A stretch of DNA of 55,136 nt from Dictyostelium purpureum (Eukaryota): assembly GCF_000190715.1 (NCBI RefSeq), contig NW_003519547.1, forward strand, positions 1-55,136, given 5' to 3'. The notes beneath the pieces are model-generated. The model saw only the letters and a list, made by a program, of their open reading frames with translations, searched no databases and was not told the origin of the DNA. Made by a program: the position numbers and the translations under genes. Of this stretch, positions 9,386 through 20,689 are shown piece after piece. Position 1 is the stretch's first letter; each line of letters opens with the position of its first letter.

Positions 9386-9745
9386 TTTTATATATTTTAG
9401 ATTAAAAATTTAATTTAAAATTAATTAATTAATTAATCTATAACTATTTCCTAATTTATTTAAAACATCAATCCCAAAATAAGTAAAAACTTGTATTGCA
9501 GAAAAAAATGTAGATCTGCTACAATCAAAATTGGTAATAATTTGAAACAGGGGAGGTTTTTTTTTTTCAAAATTTTTTATTTTTCAAATAAATTAAACAC
9601 ATCTTCCTTTTAAAGAAATCATTTTTCCATTTATATTATTTTATTATAATTCATTTCATAATTGATATGTGGAAAAGGAATAAAGCAAGAATTTAGTAGT
9701 TCATTATATGATAATGAAATTCGTATGATTGTTGAATGAAAATAC

Positions 9746-9779
<34 letters not shown>

Positions 9780-9970
9780 ATTTAATTTTATAATTTTATT
9801 TTTTTTTTAAATTTCTTTAAAATTTTTTTGAAGATTTTTTATTTTTTTTTTTAATTACAATGAGCGCTTTTTTTAAAATTTTTTTTTTTTAAATTTTGGA
9901 ATTTTATTAATTGTAACATTTTTATTTTCCTTTTCAAAAACCACCACAAAACCATATTGATAAATAAAAA

Positions 9971-10126
9971 ATGAGTGAAGAAATATCAGTTGGAGTCGAA
10001 CGAGATTCAATAGAAAAATTAAAGAGAAACGATTTACAAAGATTTTGTAAAGAATTAAATTATAAAGGAACATCAAAGAATTCACATTTAATAGATGCAC
10101 TTTTAAATTATAAAAATACATTATAA
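9971..10126 (+). CDS. Small ORF, 51 aa (MSEEISVGVERDSIEKLKRNDLQRFCKELNYKGTSKNSHLIDALLNYKNTL) with a SAP-motif-like helix-turn-helix pattern; below the ORF-track length cutoff.
   Basis: ATG at 9971, TAA at 10124-10126. Non-repetitive codons inside an otherwise A/T-homopolymer-rich spacer. Pattern L..L.K.DL...C.EL...G......LI..LL resembles SAP DNA-binding motifs. Convergent with the helicase gene, whose stop lies 14 nt away. Confidence 0.35.
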   Translation: MSEEISVGVERDSIEKLKRNDLQRFCKELNYKGTSKNSHLIDALLNYKNTL

Positions 10127-10139
10127 AATAGTTTTATTT

Positions 10140-11922
10140 TTAATCAATATTTACAATTTGTTTTTCTCTGTTGTGATTATTATTATTATTGTTATTATTT
10201 ACACTTGAGTTTATATTTCTATAGCTAATGTTTTGTTTTGTTGGTGTTTGTTTAGTTGGTGTTTGTTTAGTTGGTGTTTGTTTAGTTGGTGTTGATTCTC
10301 GAAGATATGATATTTCCTCATCGTTAAATGTGCTATCTTGACTTTTATATCGAAAATTGTTATGGTTTATATTATGATTATTGTTTTTATTATTATTATT
10401 ATAAGATGAGGCAATTGTTGGAGATGTTTGTCGTGGGGTACCATTGTTGATATTATTATTGTCCATGTTGTTAATATAAAAATCTCTAAATAAAGCCTTT
10501 ATATCTTCTACAGATAATCGACAATTATCAATAAATTCGAGGGTGTCAAAACTATCTGATAAAATAATATTACTATTGATTTTTTTTGTATCTTGCAATG
10601 CCATGATTCTTTCTTCAATGGTATCTCTCATAACGAATCTTTTGATTTTTAAATCACGAGTTTGATTTAAACGGTCAACTCTTCCAATAGCTTGTTCTTC
10701 AACAGCAGAGTTCCAATAAGGGTCGCACATGTAGACCATGTTAGCTCTATGTAAATTAAGACCAACGCCACCACATTTTAACGAGATTAACATAACTCTA
10801 GGGCCACCACTTTCCCTGCTAAATTCTTTAATGATACTTTCTCTTTTTTTAAGTGGAACTTTACCATCATATCTACAATAATGTTCATCTAAATTCCAAC
10901 CATTATGTTTAAAACATTCCTCAATTAAATCTAAAAATCTGGTCCATTGTGAAAATACTAAACATTTAAATTGATTTTTCCCTTCTGGCAATGGTAGTTT
11001 GCTTAGTTCTTCGTCTCTTTCCTTTTCAATTTGCTTTTGACTCTTCTTCTTTGGTGTTGGCACTTTCTTTTCTTTTGATTTTAATTTCTTTTTCTTTGGT
11101 TCATTTATTGTAAATTCTTTTTCAAACTCTTCTTCATCTTCGGAATTAATTAATTCATCAAAACTATTGTTGATTTTGGTTCTGTTTCTGGTTGTTGATG
11201 ATTCTGATGATTCTGATGATATTGATGATTTTAGTGGTTTGTATTCATCATCATCATCATCATCATCTATTATATAACTATCATTTGAATGTTCATCTAT
11301 TTCATTATTACTATTATTATTGTTACTAATGCTATTTTTATTTATTTGGAAATCATCGTGGTCATCTTCAATATAAGAATAATTGGTATCAACCATATTG
11401 TTTTGAATATCTTCAAAAAGGGCTTTAATTTTAGTTGAATACAATCGGCACTGATATCTTTGAATATTTTCTTGGGCCATTAGTCTTTCGATAGATCCAA
11501 GAATCTCTTTGTCTAATTCTTCTTTTTCTTTTCTAAACTCTTGTTCTTCTTTATCATCTTTCTTTTTTTTGGTAAGGTTTTTAATTTTCTTTATCTTTAC
11601 ACCTTCTGGAATAACATCATTTAAAAGCTCAATCATCTCTTCTGTTTCACTTTTTTCTACTACCTTTACTTTTATTTCTTTTGTGAAACCATTTTTATAA
11701 ATAGTTGAGTCACATCTTTCACATAAAAATGAATTGCACCTTGAAAATATGTTGTCAATACATACTTGGCAATAAATATGGCTACATTTGCTATATAGTA
11801 GGTCTTTAGTTACATCATTACATAAATTGCAAACTTTTTCTTTTTCCAGTTCTGAAATCTTTGGGGCAACCAAAGTAATATGATCACAGCATGTTCTTAG
11901 TCTTGTAATCAACGAAAAAATT
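10140..11922 (-). CDS. SNF2/RING helicase, exon 3 of 3 (RING C3HC4 + helicase C-terminal domain); full protein ~1514 aa
   Basis: After intron 11923-12006 (84 nt): (L)IFSLITRLRTCCDHITLV (the conserved LLRLRQ.C.HP motif of the RAD5 family); RING CNLCNDVTKDLLYSKCSHIYCQVCIDNIFSRCNSFLCERC; helicase-C motifs FSQWTRFLDLIE, LISLKCGGVGLNL, CDPYWNSAVEEQAIGRVDRLNQTRDLKIKRF. Stop at 10140-10142. Confidence 0.8.
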
Positions 11923-12006
11923 CTAAATTATTATTTAAATTGATATTAGTAAAAAAAATTTTTGGGAATAATTAAAACTTTACAAATATTATAATATAAT
12001 ACCTAC

Positions 12007-12354
12007 AATGCATAATGTCTCATTAAGCCGCCTTTATTTTCAATTTTTTTGAGAGCCTCTGATGATTCTTTAAATACCAATGAATAAGCCATCTTTTCTT
12101 CTTTATCGAAATCCAATTTAACAATCTCTTCATGTCTTTTGACTTGTCTAACACCAGAGTCATTTTTATTTCTTGTAATAAGAATTGGATTTACAAACTC
12201 TTTAACACCAGCAACTTGATACCTATTGACTATTTCATCCCATGTTTTTGTATTTTGCGCAATTGGATAGCAGTTTAGAAAATGTAACATAGGATATAAA
12301 TCGTGAACTGTATTTGGTGTGGGCGTTGCAGTTAAACACCAACGATTAATCGAA
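12007..12354 (-). CDS. SNF2/RING helicase, exon 2 of 3
   Basis: After intron 12355-12442 (88 nt, GTAAGA...TAG): DSINRWCLTATPTPNTVHDLYPMLHFLNCYP... (motif III LTATP). Ends ...GGLMRHYA with split codon TT| and donor GTAGGT at 12006. Confidence 0.75.
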
Positions 12355-12442
12355 CTAATGTTATAAGGAAAATAAAAAATATTATTAGAATTTAACTAAA
12401 TATATTTTATTTGATATAAATTTGCCAAATTATAATTCTTAC

Positions 12443-14856
12443 TCTAAATTTTGAATACCTCTAAAAAATATAGTTTTTTTACCGAACCTGTGTGCTTCGT
12501 CAATAATAACACGCCACCAATGAACACTTAATAATGGTGGTGGTGAAGGATTTTTGGATGTACCACCACGAATAGCTTGTTCAAAGACTCTATATTCAAT
12601 TGTGAATGTTTCTGGACTTGTAATTACGAGATCAGCCTCGAGTAAATCATTGATGGTGTATTCTTTTCTTTTTGCATTTTTATATATAACAATTTTTAAG
12701 CTATTGAATATTTCTGGTTTTATATGCTTCTCCATTTCTCCTTTCCATTGTTCAGAAAGATTAGATGGACAAATAAGCAGAGTTGCCTTTGGCTTTGTTA
12801 AATATTTTGAATTTGTATTGACCATACTACTTCTTTTAAGATGACTGCTTCTATTTGCAATTTGCTTCTCAAAGTCTTTATATGCTCTTTCTTGATATTT
12901 ATTTTTTGAAAACTCTGGATGGTTGGTTAGTATTAACGTAATACTTTGGATTGATTTACCAAGGCCCACTTCGTCACAATTTAGCCCACCATATAGTCTT
13001 CTTTTTGTAATCGGTTCAAAAAATGTTATTTTATCACAGAAAGAGTTTAAATAAAATGGAATTTCGTCCTTTGCTGTTGTATACAAAAACCAATATTTAT
13101 CTTGAGCATCGCTAAATGTTACATACGGATGAGTTTCTCTCTTTAGCATCCACCAAATACCTTCTCTTTGAAAACCAAGTAATGATGTTCTTAAGAAATC
13201 TGGTTGTTGAATCTTTTCTAATACTTTTTTTACTTTTTTATCGTCATTGGTACGATTATAGCCTTTAATTGAACCATTAACATCTTCTGTTGTACCATCT
13301 GTGTCAAGTTGAAAATCCCTATAAATTAATCTACTCTTGAATAATTTGTTTAAAAACTGTTGTAAAACATCAATTCTTTGACTTGACTCACTTTTATTTG
13401 GGCCTGGTTTGACTTTGTCAACTTTATCGTTTAACAGATTTTTATGTGTCAAATAAATATCTATATCACACTTATCTAAACTAAACTCAGTAATCTTCCC
13501 ATTAACTTTAATAAAACCAGCTGTTATCAAAAGATGTAATTCGCTTTGATAGTTGGTACTTTTCTTTTCATCTGATCTTAAAACACCAATTGTATCTTTT
13601 GGTTCTCTGGCTAAGGAAACATAAAGTGAACCCATACAAGATTTGATAAATATTTCATCACCAAATTTCACACGTTTCTTTTTATAATTGCTGTCATAGA
13701 TAATTCCAATTAGTTGATCGTGGCAAACATGTAATAACCATTTCTCTGGGATTTGAAAATTTAAAATTCTTCTAAAACCGTTACTATTTTCAAAAACCGA
13801 AAAATCTTCATCATCATTTTCACTATCCTCCTCTACTTTAATTGTTTTATTGGTACTATAAAAGTGATGTGGCTTTAATAATCTTTCATCAATTTGTCTA
13901 TACCAAAATTCATCATCATTACTTCTTCCTTGGATTATTTGTTTTTTTATTTCCTCCGGATTTGGGTTAGGTATTTCCTGGCATTCTTCTTCTTCTTCTT
14001 TGTCTAATTCAAAAACTATATCAGAATCAATAATACGACTTCTTTCATAATAAATTTTTGCACCTTTTTTATATTGATCTTTAATTTTTTTAACATTTTG
14101 GTCATCAATTTTTTGATATGCTGTAAAATCTAAATCATAAAATCTGCTATTGTTGTTTGAGGATATTGTTGATAGGGTATTTGTTGTGGTTGTTGTAGTT
14201 GTTGTTTTTGGTGCTTTAACTGGTGATTGACTCGGTAGTTTATTAATATTTTTATAATTATTATTATTATTATTATTATAATTACCATTATTATAACTAT
14301 TATTACTATTATTTACTGAAGCATTTCTTATTTCATCTATTTTGTGTTTGTTCATATTATTTACATTATTTATTTTTACAATTTGAATATCATTATTGTT
14401 ATTTTTACTATTTATTTTTGCCGAGAATGGTGAGGTGACCAATTTTAGTTGAGAACTATTATTTACCCAAACAATATCTTCATTGGATCTCTTTTTATTA
14501 TTTAAAATCGGTTTGTTATTAATATTGCTGTTATTTACTGAAACTATACTAATTTCTTCTTCTAAATCTATACTTTTATTTACATTATCATTACAATTTT
14601 TATTATTATTATTATTATTATTATTAGAGCCATTAGTGCTATTGTTGTTATTATTATTAATATAAATATGTTTTATTTGTTTATCATCATCTGACCACTC
14701 TATATTATTCTTTTCATATTCCTCCATTTCATTTTCATTCTCTTCTACAAGAAATCCATCTACATATCGGGTGGGAGTTGAATATTTGAATTCTTTGCTA
14801 TTATCCCTCAAAAATTCGTCATCGCTATCATCTTCGATTGTTATGCAATCTGTCAT
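12443..14856 (-). CDS. SNF2-family ATPase with RING finger (RAD5/RAD16/HLTF/SHPRH-like), exon 1 of 3 (ATG at 14856-14854, 804 codons + 2 nt)
   Basis: Begins MTDCITIEDDSDDEF; N/S-rich low complexity; HIRAN-like segment (…HVCHDQLIGIIYDSNYKKKRVKFGDEIFIKSCMGSLYVSLAREPKDTIGVLRSDEKK…); SNF2_N motifs I (LGGLNCDEVGLGKSIQ), Ia (LLICP) and II (WWRVIIDEAHRF). Donor GA|GTAAGA at 12442. Confidence 0.8.
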
Positions 14857-15557
14857 TTTAATTTATGGAAAAAAAAAAAAAAAAAAAAATTAAAATTTGA
14901 CAAAAAATTAAATAAAAATTAAAATAAAAAAAAAATAAAAATAAAATTTTTTTTTTTAAAAATATTTAAACAATTTATACAATGAGTATATTTTTAAACA
15001 GATTTAGAAATTTAGTGTTTCTGAAATATTTGATTTTTATAAATAAATTTATCAATTTAATATGATTCTTTTATAAAAACTAAAAGTTTCTCTTTTACAA
15101 AAATTTTTTTAATAATAAATAAATACATACCTTTGTGTCAAATTGGTTAACAATCAATTATATTTTTATTATATATCGAGAATGTGTGGTTTTTATTTGA
15201 TTAAAATTTAAAACTCTATAATATTATTTCTATAACATGTTATAATATTTATTTTATTTTATTTTATTTTTAATGTGATACGATTTAAAAAAATAAATTT
15301 TTAAAAGATTAAAATGTTATTTTTAAATTATTAATTATTAAAAAATAATTTTGTTATTAAAACACAATTGGATATATGAGGAAAATTAGGCGCCCATTTT
15401 GTTATTTCCAAGCAAAAAAATTAAATTTAAAAAAAAAAAAAAAATTTTAAAATAAAAAATTATTTTTTCAAAAAAATAAATAAATAAACAAATAAATAAA
15501 TAATTAACATAAACATTCATTTAAAACATTTTAAAAAAGGAATTAATAAAGTTTTAA

Positions 15558-18356
15558 ATGAGTTCTACCACACTTAAAAGAAAAAAACCACAAACAAACA
15601 ATGATAATAATACTGTAATAACTATAGATGGAGATGATGATAATAATAATATAAGTTCAGCAGATAATACTATAGATAATAAAAACAATGATAATAATAG
15701 CAATGATTATAATAATAACGATATTGATAATAATAATAATAATAATGTCAATGACCATATCAATATAGATAATGAAAACAATATTGAAGGTGAAAAGAAA
15801 AAGAGAAAACCTTACAAAAAAAGAAAAACAGATGGAAATGATAATAATGATGAAGATAAAGGCACAGATATATCAAAACCAAAAAAACCAACTGCAAAAA
15901 AAGAATCCAAAGCCAAAGCTAAAAAATCAAATGAAGCTAGCAGTAATGCACTTTTAAATTTTTTGGGTCATTCTACAGCAACAACAACATCAACATTAAC
16001 AAATGAAGAAATTATTCACAATAGTAACAACAACAATAATAATAATAATGAACAAAACAAAGAATCACCAATGTCACCATTATCAGATGACTCCTCCAAA
16101 CCATTACATCCATTTTTTGGTGAGACAGATAAAAAAATTAAAAAAAAGGCTCAAAAAATTCTGAATGAACAACTTTTCGAAGAGAAATTAAAAAACAAGG
16201 TTGGTAATGTTCCCGATATGTTTTTAAGTAAACAAGAAAAAGACGAAATTTTTACAAGAAATGAACAAGAAAAGTTTAGAAATGAAATTATAAAAACCAA
16301 TCAAGATTATGATAAGATGTACTCAAATAAACCAATTCACCCATTCTTTTTTGCACCAGTTACCAAACCTCAACCAACTTTAACAACAGTAATCGATGGT
16401 GAAATTATAGTTTTAGATGATGACAACCACAGTTTTAAACCAAAATACACTATTCAAAGACTATTGGAGTTCCCAGTTGATGATCAACATATAGGCCACT
16501 ATAATATTAATGATGACCAAGATATTTCAAAAAAACCAATGGATCCAACATTACTGAGAAGGTTTAAAGCATCAGTCTCAAAAAAAGAATCACCAGACTA
16601 CAGCAGTATGGTTATATCAAGAAATGAATTAATTCAGAACTTTTCAAATATTTTAGATATCATCGAAAGAAATGAATCTCTATTATCCCAATCATCGCAC
16701 TCCATTGATTCATCTTTTATTGAACCATCACAATCATCCCAATCATCACAATCATCACAACCATCCCAGCAATCACTCCAACTACCCTCACCAATATACC
16801 AACAACAGGACTTCATAGATATTACATCCTCCCCAATCTCACAGTCTCAATCCCAACAACAACAGCAACAACCAATTGTTGAAGATAAATTATTTGAAAT
16901 ATTATTTAACTATTTTAAAAACTATAATGAAATTATTACAGTCGATGATATAAAATACTACTATAATGAATTTAATACATATAATAAAAGCAATAACAAT
17001 AACAATAACAATAACAATAACAATAACAATAACAATAACAATAACAATAGTCTATTAAAAAACAAATATCATTTACCAACAGATTTTTTACTTTTTAATA
17101 AAGTGAATGAAGAAATTATAACGTTTTTCGGCGATTGGATGAAAGGGTGGAAAGATAAATTAGAATTGAAAAAGAAAGCAACAAAAAAAAAAAAGGATGA
17201 TATACTGGATTCATCCATTTTAATTGTTGGTCCACATGGTTGCGGCAAAAGCTCGTTGGTTGCAAACAAAGCATATCAATACAACTTTACAATTTTAGAA
17301 ACCAATCCATCAAATAAAAGAAGTGGCAGAGCGACCATCGACTATTTAGGTGAAGCAACTCAATCAAAAGCATTAAATATCAATAAAAAGAAAACGAATG
17401 AAGAGATTCAAAGGGAATTACAAAAACAACAAGAGCAGGAACAAGAGCAACAAGAAAAAAAGAAGAGAGGTAGAAAATCTTTAAAATCATCCAACTCATC
17501 CACTTTATCATCATCACAAAATTCAATAACGAACGACGATGAATTTAATAAAAACTTAATTTTATTTGAAGAAGTTGACATCCTATATGAAGATGATAAA
17601 GGCTTTACAAATTCAATTTCGTCATTATTAAACTCCACCAAGGTTCCAATCGTTTTAATTTGTAATGAAATCAACTCATCAATATCGAAACTGGTCAATG
17701 ATAGCGGTATCATTACTCTCTATATGGCAAAACCATCGAGTTTATCATTATCACTTTACTGCTGCTTTATTTTAATTAACGAAGGTAAACATCATATATT
17801 GGAAGAAATGATGGATAAACTTGATATTTGCTCATTCATCGAGAATAATGACTGTGATATTAGAAAATCATTAAACAATTTAGAATTTATATTTAAAAAC
17901 AATGATAATTATAGTAATAATAATAACCTAAATTTAACATTTTATATGTTTAATAACTTATTAAAAAAATATAATAATAACTTTTTAAATCTATTATTTA
18001 ATAACAATAATAGTACCATAAATAATAATAATAATAATAATAACAACACAAATAATAATAACGATGAAATATGCCCTATAGAACTATTCAATGACAGGTT
18101 TGACGTATTAAATTTCTCATTAGAAGATTTTGATATTGATTTGTATTTTAATAACTTTTTACAATTTATAATAAATAATAATATTTACAATAATAGTAAT
18201 AATAATAATAACAATAGTAATAATAATGATAATAATAGTTTACCACAAGATACAAATTATATAAGTTTCGAAGATATATGGAAAATATCTGATGATTTTT
18301 CAACAAATGATGTTTTATTAAAAAGAAATTTCCCATATGAACCATCAAATAAAACT
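15558..18356 (+). CDS. RFC-like AAA+ clamp-loader large subunit (ELG1/ATAD5-like; CTF18/RFC1 paralog not excluded), exon 1 of 2 (933 codons)
   Basis: ATG at 15558. N/D/K-rich N-terminus with two IHPFF motifs (PLHPFFGETD, KPIHPFFFAPV). Walker A ILIVGPHGCGKSSLV, Walker B LILFEEVDILYEDDKGF, sensor-1 KVPIVLICNE (the PIICICND pattern typical of RFC1/CTF18/ELG1). No BRCT domain seen, so not RFC1. Donor ACT|GTAAGC at 18357. Confidence 0.7.
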
Positions 18357-18420
18357 GTAAGCTAAAATATTGTTTTGCACGTTATATTATTTTTAATCTA
18401 ACCTTTTTTTTTTTTAATAG

Positions 18421-18909
18421 GATGATGTTGAATTATTCGAAATTGTAGAAAACTCACCAACATTTATTGCATCACCAGAATCAATCCACAACGATGACTT
18501 TTCATATAAAAACTATTTTCCAAAATCATTGGACTATGAGATACCAACAGCAATTTCAATCGAATCAATTAATTGTAATTTATTAAAACCATTGTCATAT
18601 AACAACAGCAGCAATATCAACTATGATGGCGGTATCAATACACTAACTATTAAACATCAATATAAACAAATTAAGAAAACACCTATTGAAGATAACCACT
18701 TTAAAGGAATTATAGATAATCTATCTCTTATAAATGGTTATATTACATCCAGTAAATTGTTTGTCGAATATACACCATTTCTAACAGACATTTGTTCATC
18801 CGAACTAGAAAGACAATTAAATAATCCAAAAAGAGGCGGTCGTTTCAAACATTATTTAGATTTAACCGATGATCAAGTTGATGTTATTTTAAAATACAAA
18901 ATAAAATAA
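18421..18909 (+). CDS. RFC-like AAA+ subunit, exon 2 of 2 (163 codons; total ~1096 aa)
   Basis: Intron 18357-18420 (64 nt, GTAAGC...AATAG), phase 0; continues DDVELFEIVENSPTFIASPESIHNDDFSYKNYFPKSLDYEIPTA... in frame with track ORF 18529..18909; TAA at 18907-18909. Confidence 0.7.
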   Translation, partial: DDVELFEIVENSPTFIASPESIHNDDFSYKNYFPKSLDYEIPTAISIESINCNLLKPLSYNNSSNINYDGGINTLTIKHQYKQIKKTPIEDNHFKGIIDNLSLINGYITSSKLFVEYTPFLTDICSSELERQLNNPKRGGRFKHYLDLTDDQVDVILKYKIK

Positions 18910-19076
18910 AACAAAATATTTATATTAATAATATAAATATATATTTAAACAAATATTTTTTAAAAAAAAAACCTTTATTTTTTTAAAATAAAATGAATTA
19001 TATTAATAAATTGTAATTATTTGAGGGTGTGTATATTTATAGGGGTGATTTGATTTGGTAAATTAAGTTTTTTAAA

Positions 19077-20053
19077 TTAATTTATGTTTTGGGGTTTGCA
19101 TTGGGATAACTTGCAAATGGGTTGAAAGTAATTCAGATTTATCGTGATTGTATAATTTAATAGTTGCGAGATAACCCAACCGGTTGGATTTAATTTAGAT
19201 GAATCATTTTCGAATTCAACTTCTTTTTCGATTGTTTTTTCAATGACAACTGGAGCAACTTCTTCATAAACAACTTTTTCTTCTTCAGCTGGTTTTTCTT
19301 CTTCAACTGGTTTTTCTTCTTGTTCTTGTTTTTCTTGTTCTTGTTCTTGTTCTTCTTGTTCTTGTTCAACTGGTTTTGATTCTTCTTCAGTTGATTTTTC
19401 TTCTTGTTCTTCTTCTTCAGCTGGTTTTTGTTCTTCTTGTTCAACTGGTTTTTGTTCTTCTTCAACTGGTTTTTCTTCTTGTTCTTCTTGTTCAACTGAT
19501 TTTGATTCCTCTTCAACTGGTTTTTGTTCTTCTTCAACTGGTTTTTGTTCTTCTTGTTCTTCAGCTTTTGGCTCTTCATTAGCAGCAACTTCATTAAGAT
19601 AATATGAACCTTCAAATTCACATTCAATAATATTAGTGGTATCTTCTGGTAATGAGTTTGGTTTGACGCTGATAACAATCTTTTGAACACCATCTGCAGA
19701 TGAGACTTCTTTTGAAATTAAATATTTGGTTTCGGTTAATGGAGCAAATGAAAGGTATTCTGATCTCTTGAGTTCGTTTAAGATCTTTAATGATTCTTCA
19801 ACATCACCTTTTTCGTAAAGAATGGTAGCAATATTGTTTTGGCAAGAATTTACAACGCTTTCAATGTTAGCTTTGTTTAATGTTGGTTCTTTTTTAACTA
19901 AAGTAATCATCTTTCTTTGGGTTTTAATATATAAATCATACATATTATTCTTTTTAAAGTTTGTACAAAGAAGTCTGAAGATTGGAACTAAAAGTTGAGT
20001 TGAAACAAGTTTTTCGATTTCTTTCATTGATTCTTCAATTTTTTCAACATTTT
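19077..20053 (-). CDS. Same gene, exon 3 (325 codons): helical repeat region then acidic (EEQKPVEE)n tail; inferred total ~580 aa
   Basis: After intron 20054-20171 (118 nt): (K)NVEKIEESMKEIEKLVSTQLLVPIFRLLCTNFKK...ILYEKGDVEESLKILNELKRSEYL...VISVKPNSLPEDTTNIIECEFEGSYYLNEVAANEEPKAEEQEEQKPVEEEQKPVEEE...VVIEKTIEKEVEFENDSSKLNPTGWVISQLLNYTITINLNYFQPICKLSQCKPQNIN*; in frame with track ORF 19077..20027. Confidence 0.7.
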
Positions 20054-20171
20054 CTATAAAAAAAAAAAATTAATATCATATAATTATATTGATTATTGAT
20101 TATTGATTATTATTATTATTATTAATAGGGGATGATATTATATTTAATTTAAAAATAAAATGATAACTTAC

Positions 20172-20506
20172 TAACTCTAATATAATATTGAATTAATTCG
20201 TAAAGATAATTTGCATAAGCATTTTTATCACCAGTATTTTTAGCATATTCAACACATTTTAAGTTAGCATCTAATTCTTTTTTGAGGTATTTTTCATTCT
20301 TTTTGTAGATTGAAGCTAAAATTGAATATAAATGAATCTTGTGAATTTCACTAAAACTATATTTCTTGTTTTTGAGAATTGATTTGGCAAAATCGATAGC
20401 TTCTGAAATACTGCCTAATGTGGTGAGTTTTTCTGTAACTTCTTCAGTGCATTTAATGATTTCAAAGAGCTCTTCAGTCTTTGGATCTTCGAAAGTTTCA
20501 ATATAA
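20172..20506 (-). CDS. Same gene, exon 2 (111 codons)
   Basis: After intron 20507-20689 (183 nt, contains the (ATT)22 microsatellite; acceptor ACTATTAG): (A)YIETFEDPKTEELFEIIKCTEEVTEKLTTLGSISEAIDFAKSILKNKKYSFSEIHKIHLYSILASIYKKNEKYLKKELDANLKCVEYAKNTGDKNAYANYLYELIQYYIRV; donor A|GTAAGT at 20171. Confidence 0.6.
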
Positions 20507-20583
20507 CTAATAGTAAAAGAAAAAGATATTAATATTTATAACTATTATTGTTTTCGATGTATTCCAATTATTATAACTATAAC

Positions 20584-20584
<1 letters not shown>

Positions 20585-20650
<66 letters not shown>
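20585..20650. repeat. (ATT)n microsatellite, ~22 units, inside the putative first intron of the gene above
   Basis: Direct reading. Confidence 0.9.
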
Positions 20651-20653
<3 letters not shown>

Positions 20654-20689
20654 ATTATTAATTAATTAATTAAATAAATAGAAATTTAC

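Noticed and set aside
9873-10121. Minus ORF 9873..10121 (82 aa, FYNLKVHLL…)
   Set aside because: Low-complexity F/L/I/N-rich translation of AT-rich spacer, antisense to the more plausible 51-aa SAP-like ORF.
11509-18348. Short antisense ORFs inside long genes (11509..11700, 12554..12844, 14483..14665, 15772..15957, 16634..16816, 17069..17269, 17408..17713, 18166..18348)
   Set aside because: Each lies inside or opposite a long, domain-bearing CDS and is a repeat-driven artefact (poly-L, poly-C/D, poly-Y).
19190-19693. ORFs 19190..19693 (-) and 19376..19582 (+) with K/N/Q-rich and L/V-rich products
   Set aside because: They are alternative-frame and antisense readings of the (GAA GAA CAA AAA CCA GTT)n acidic repeat of the real CDS 19077..20053.
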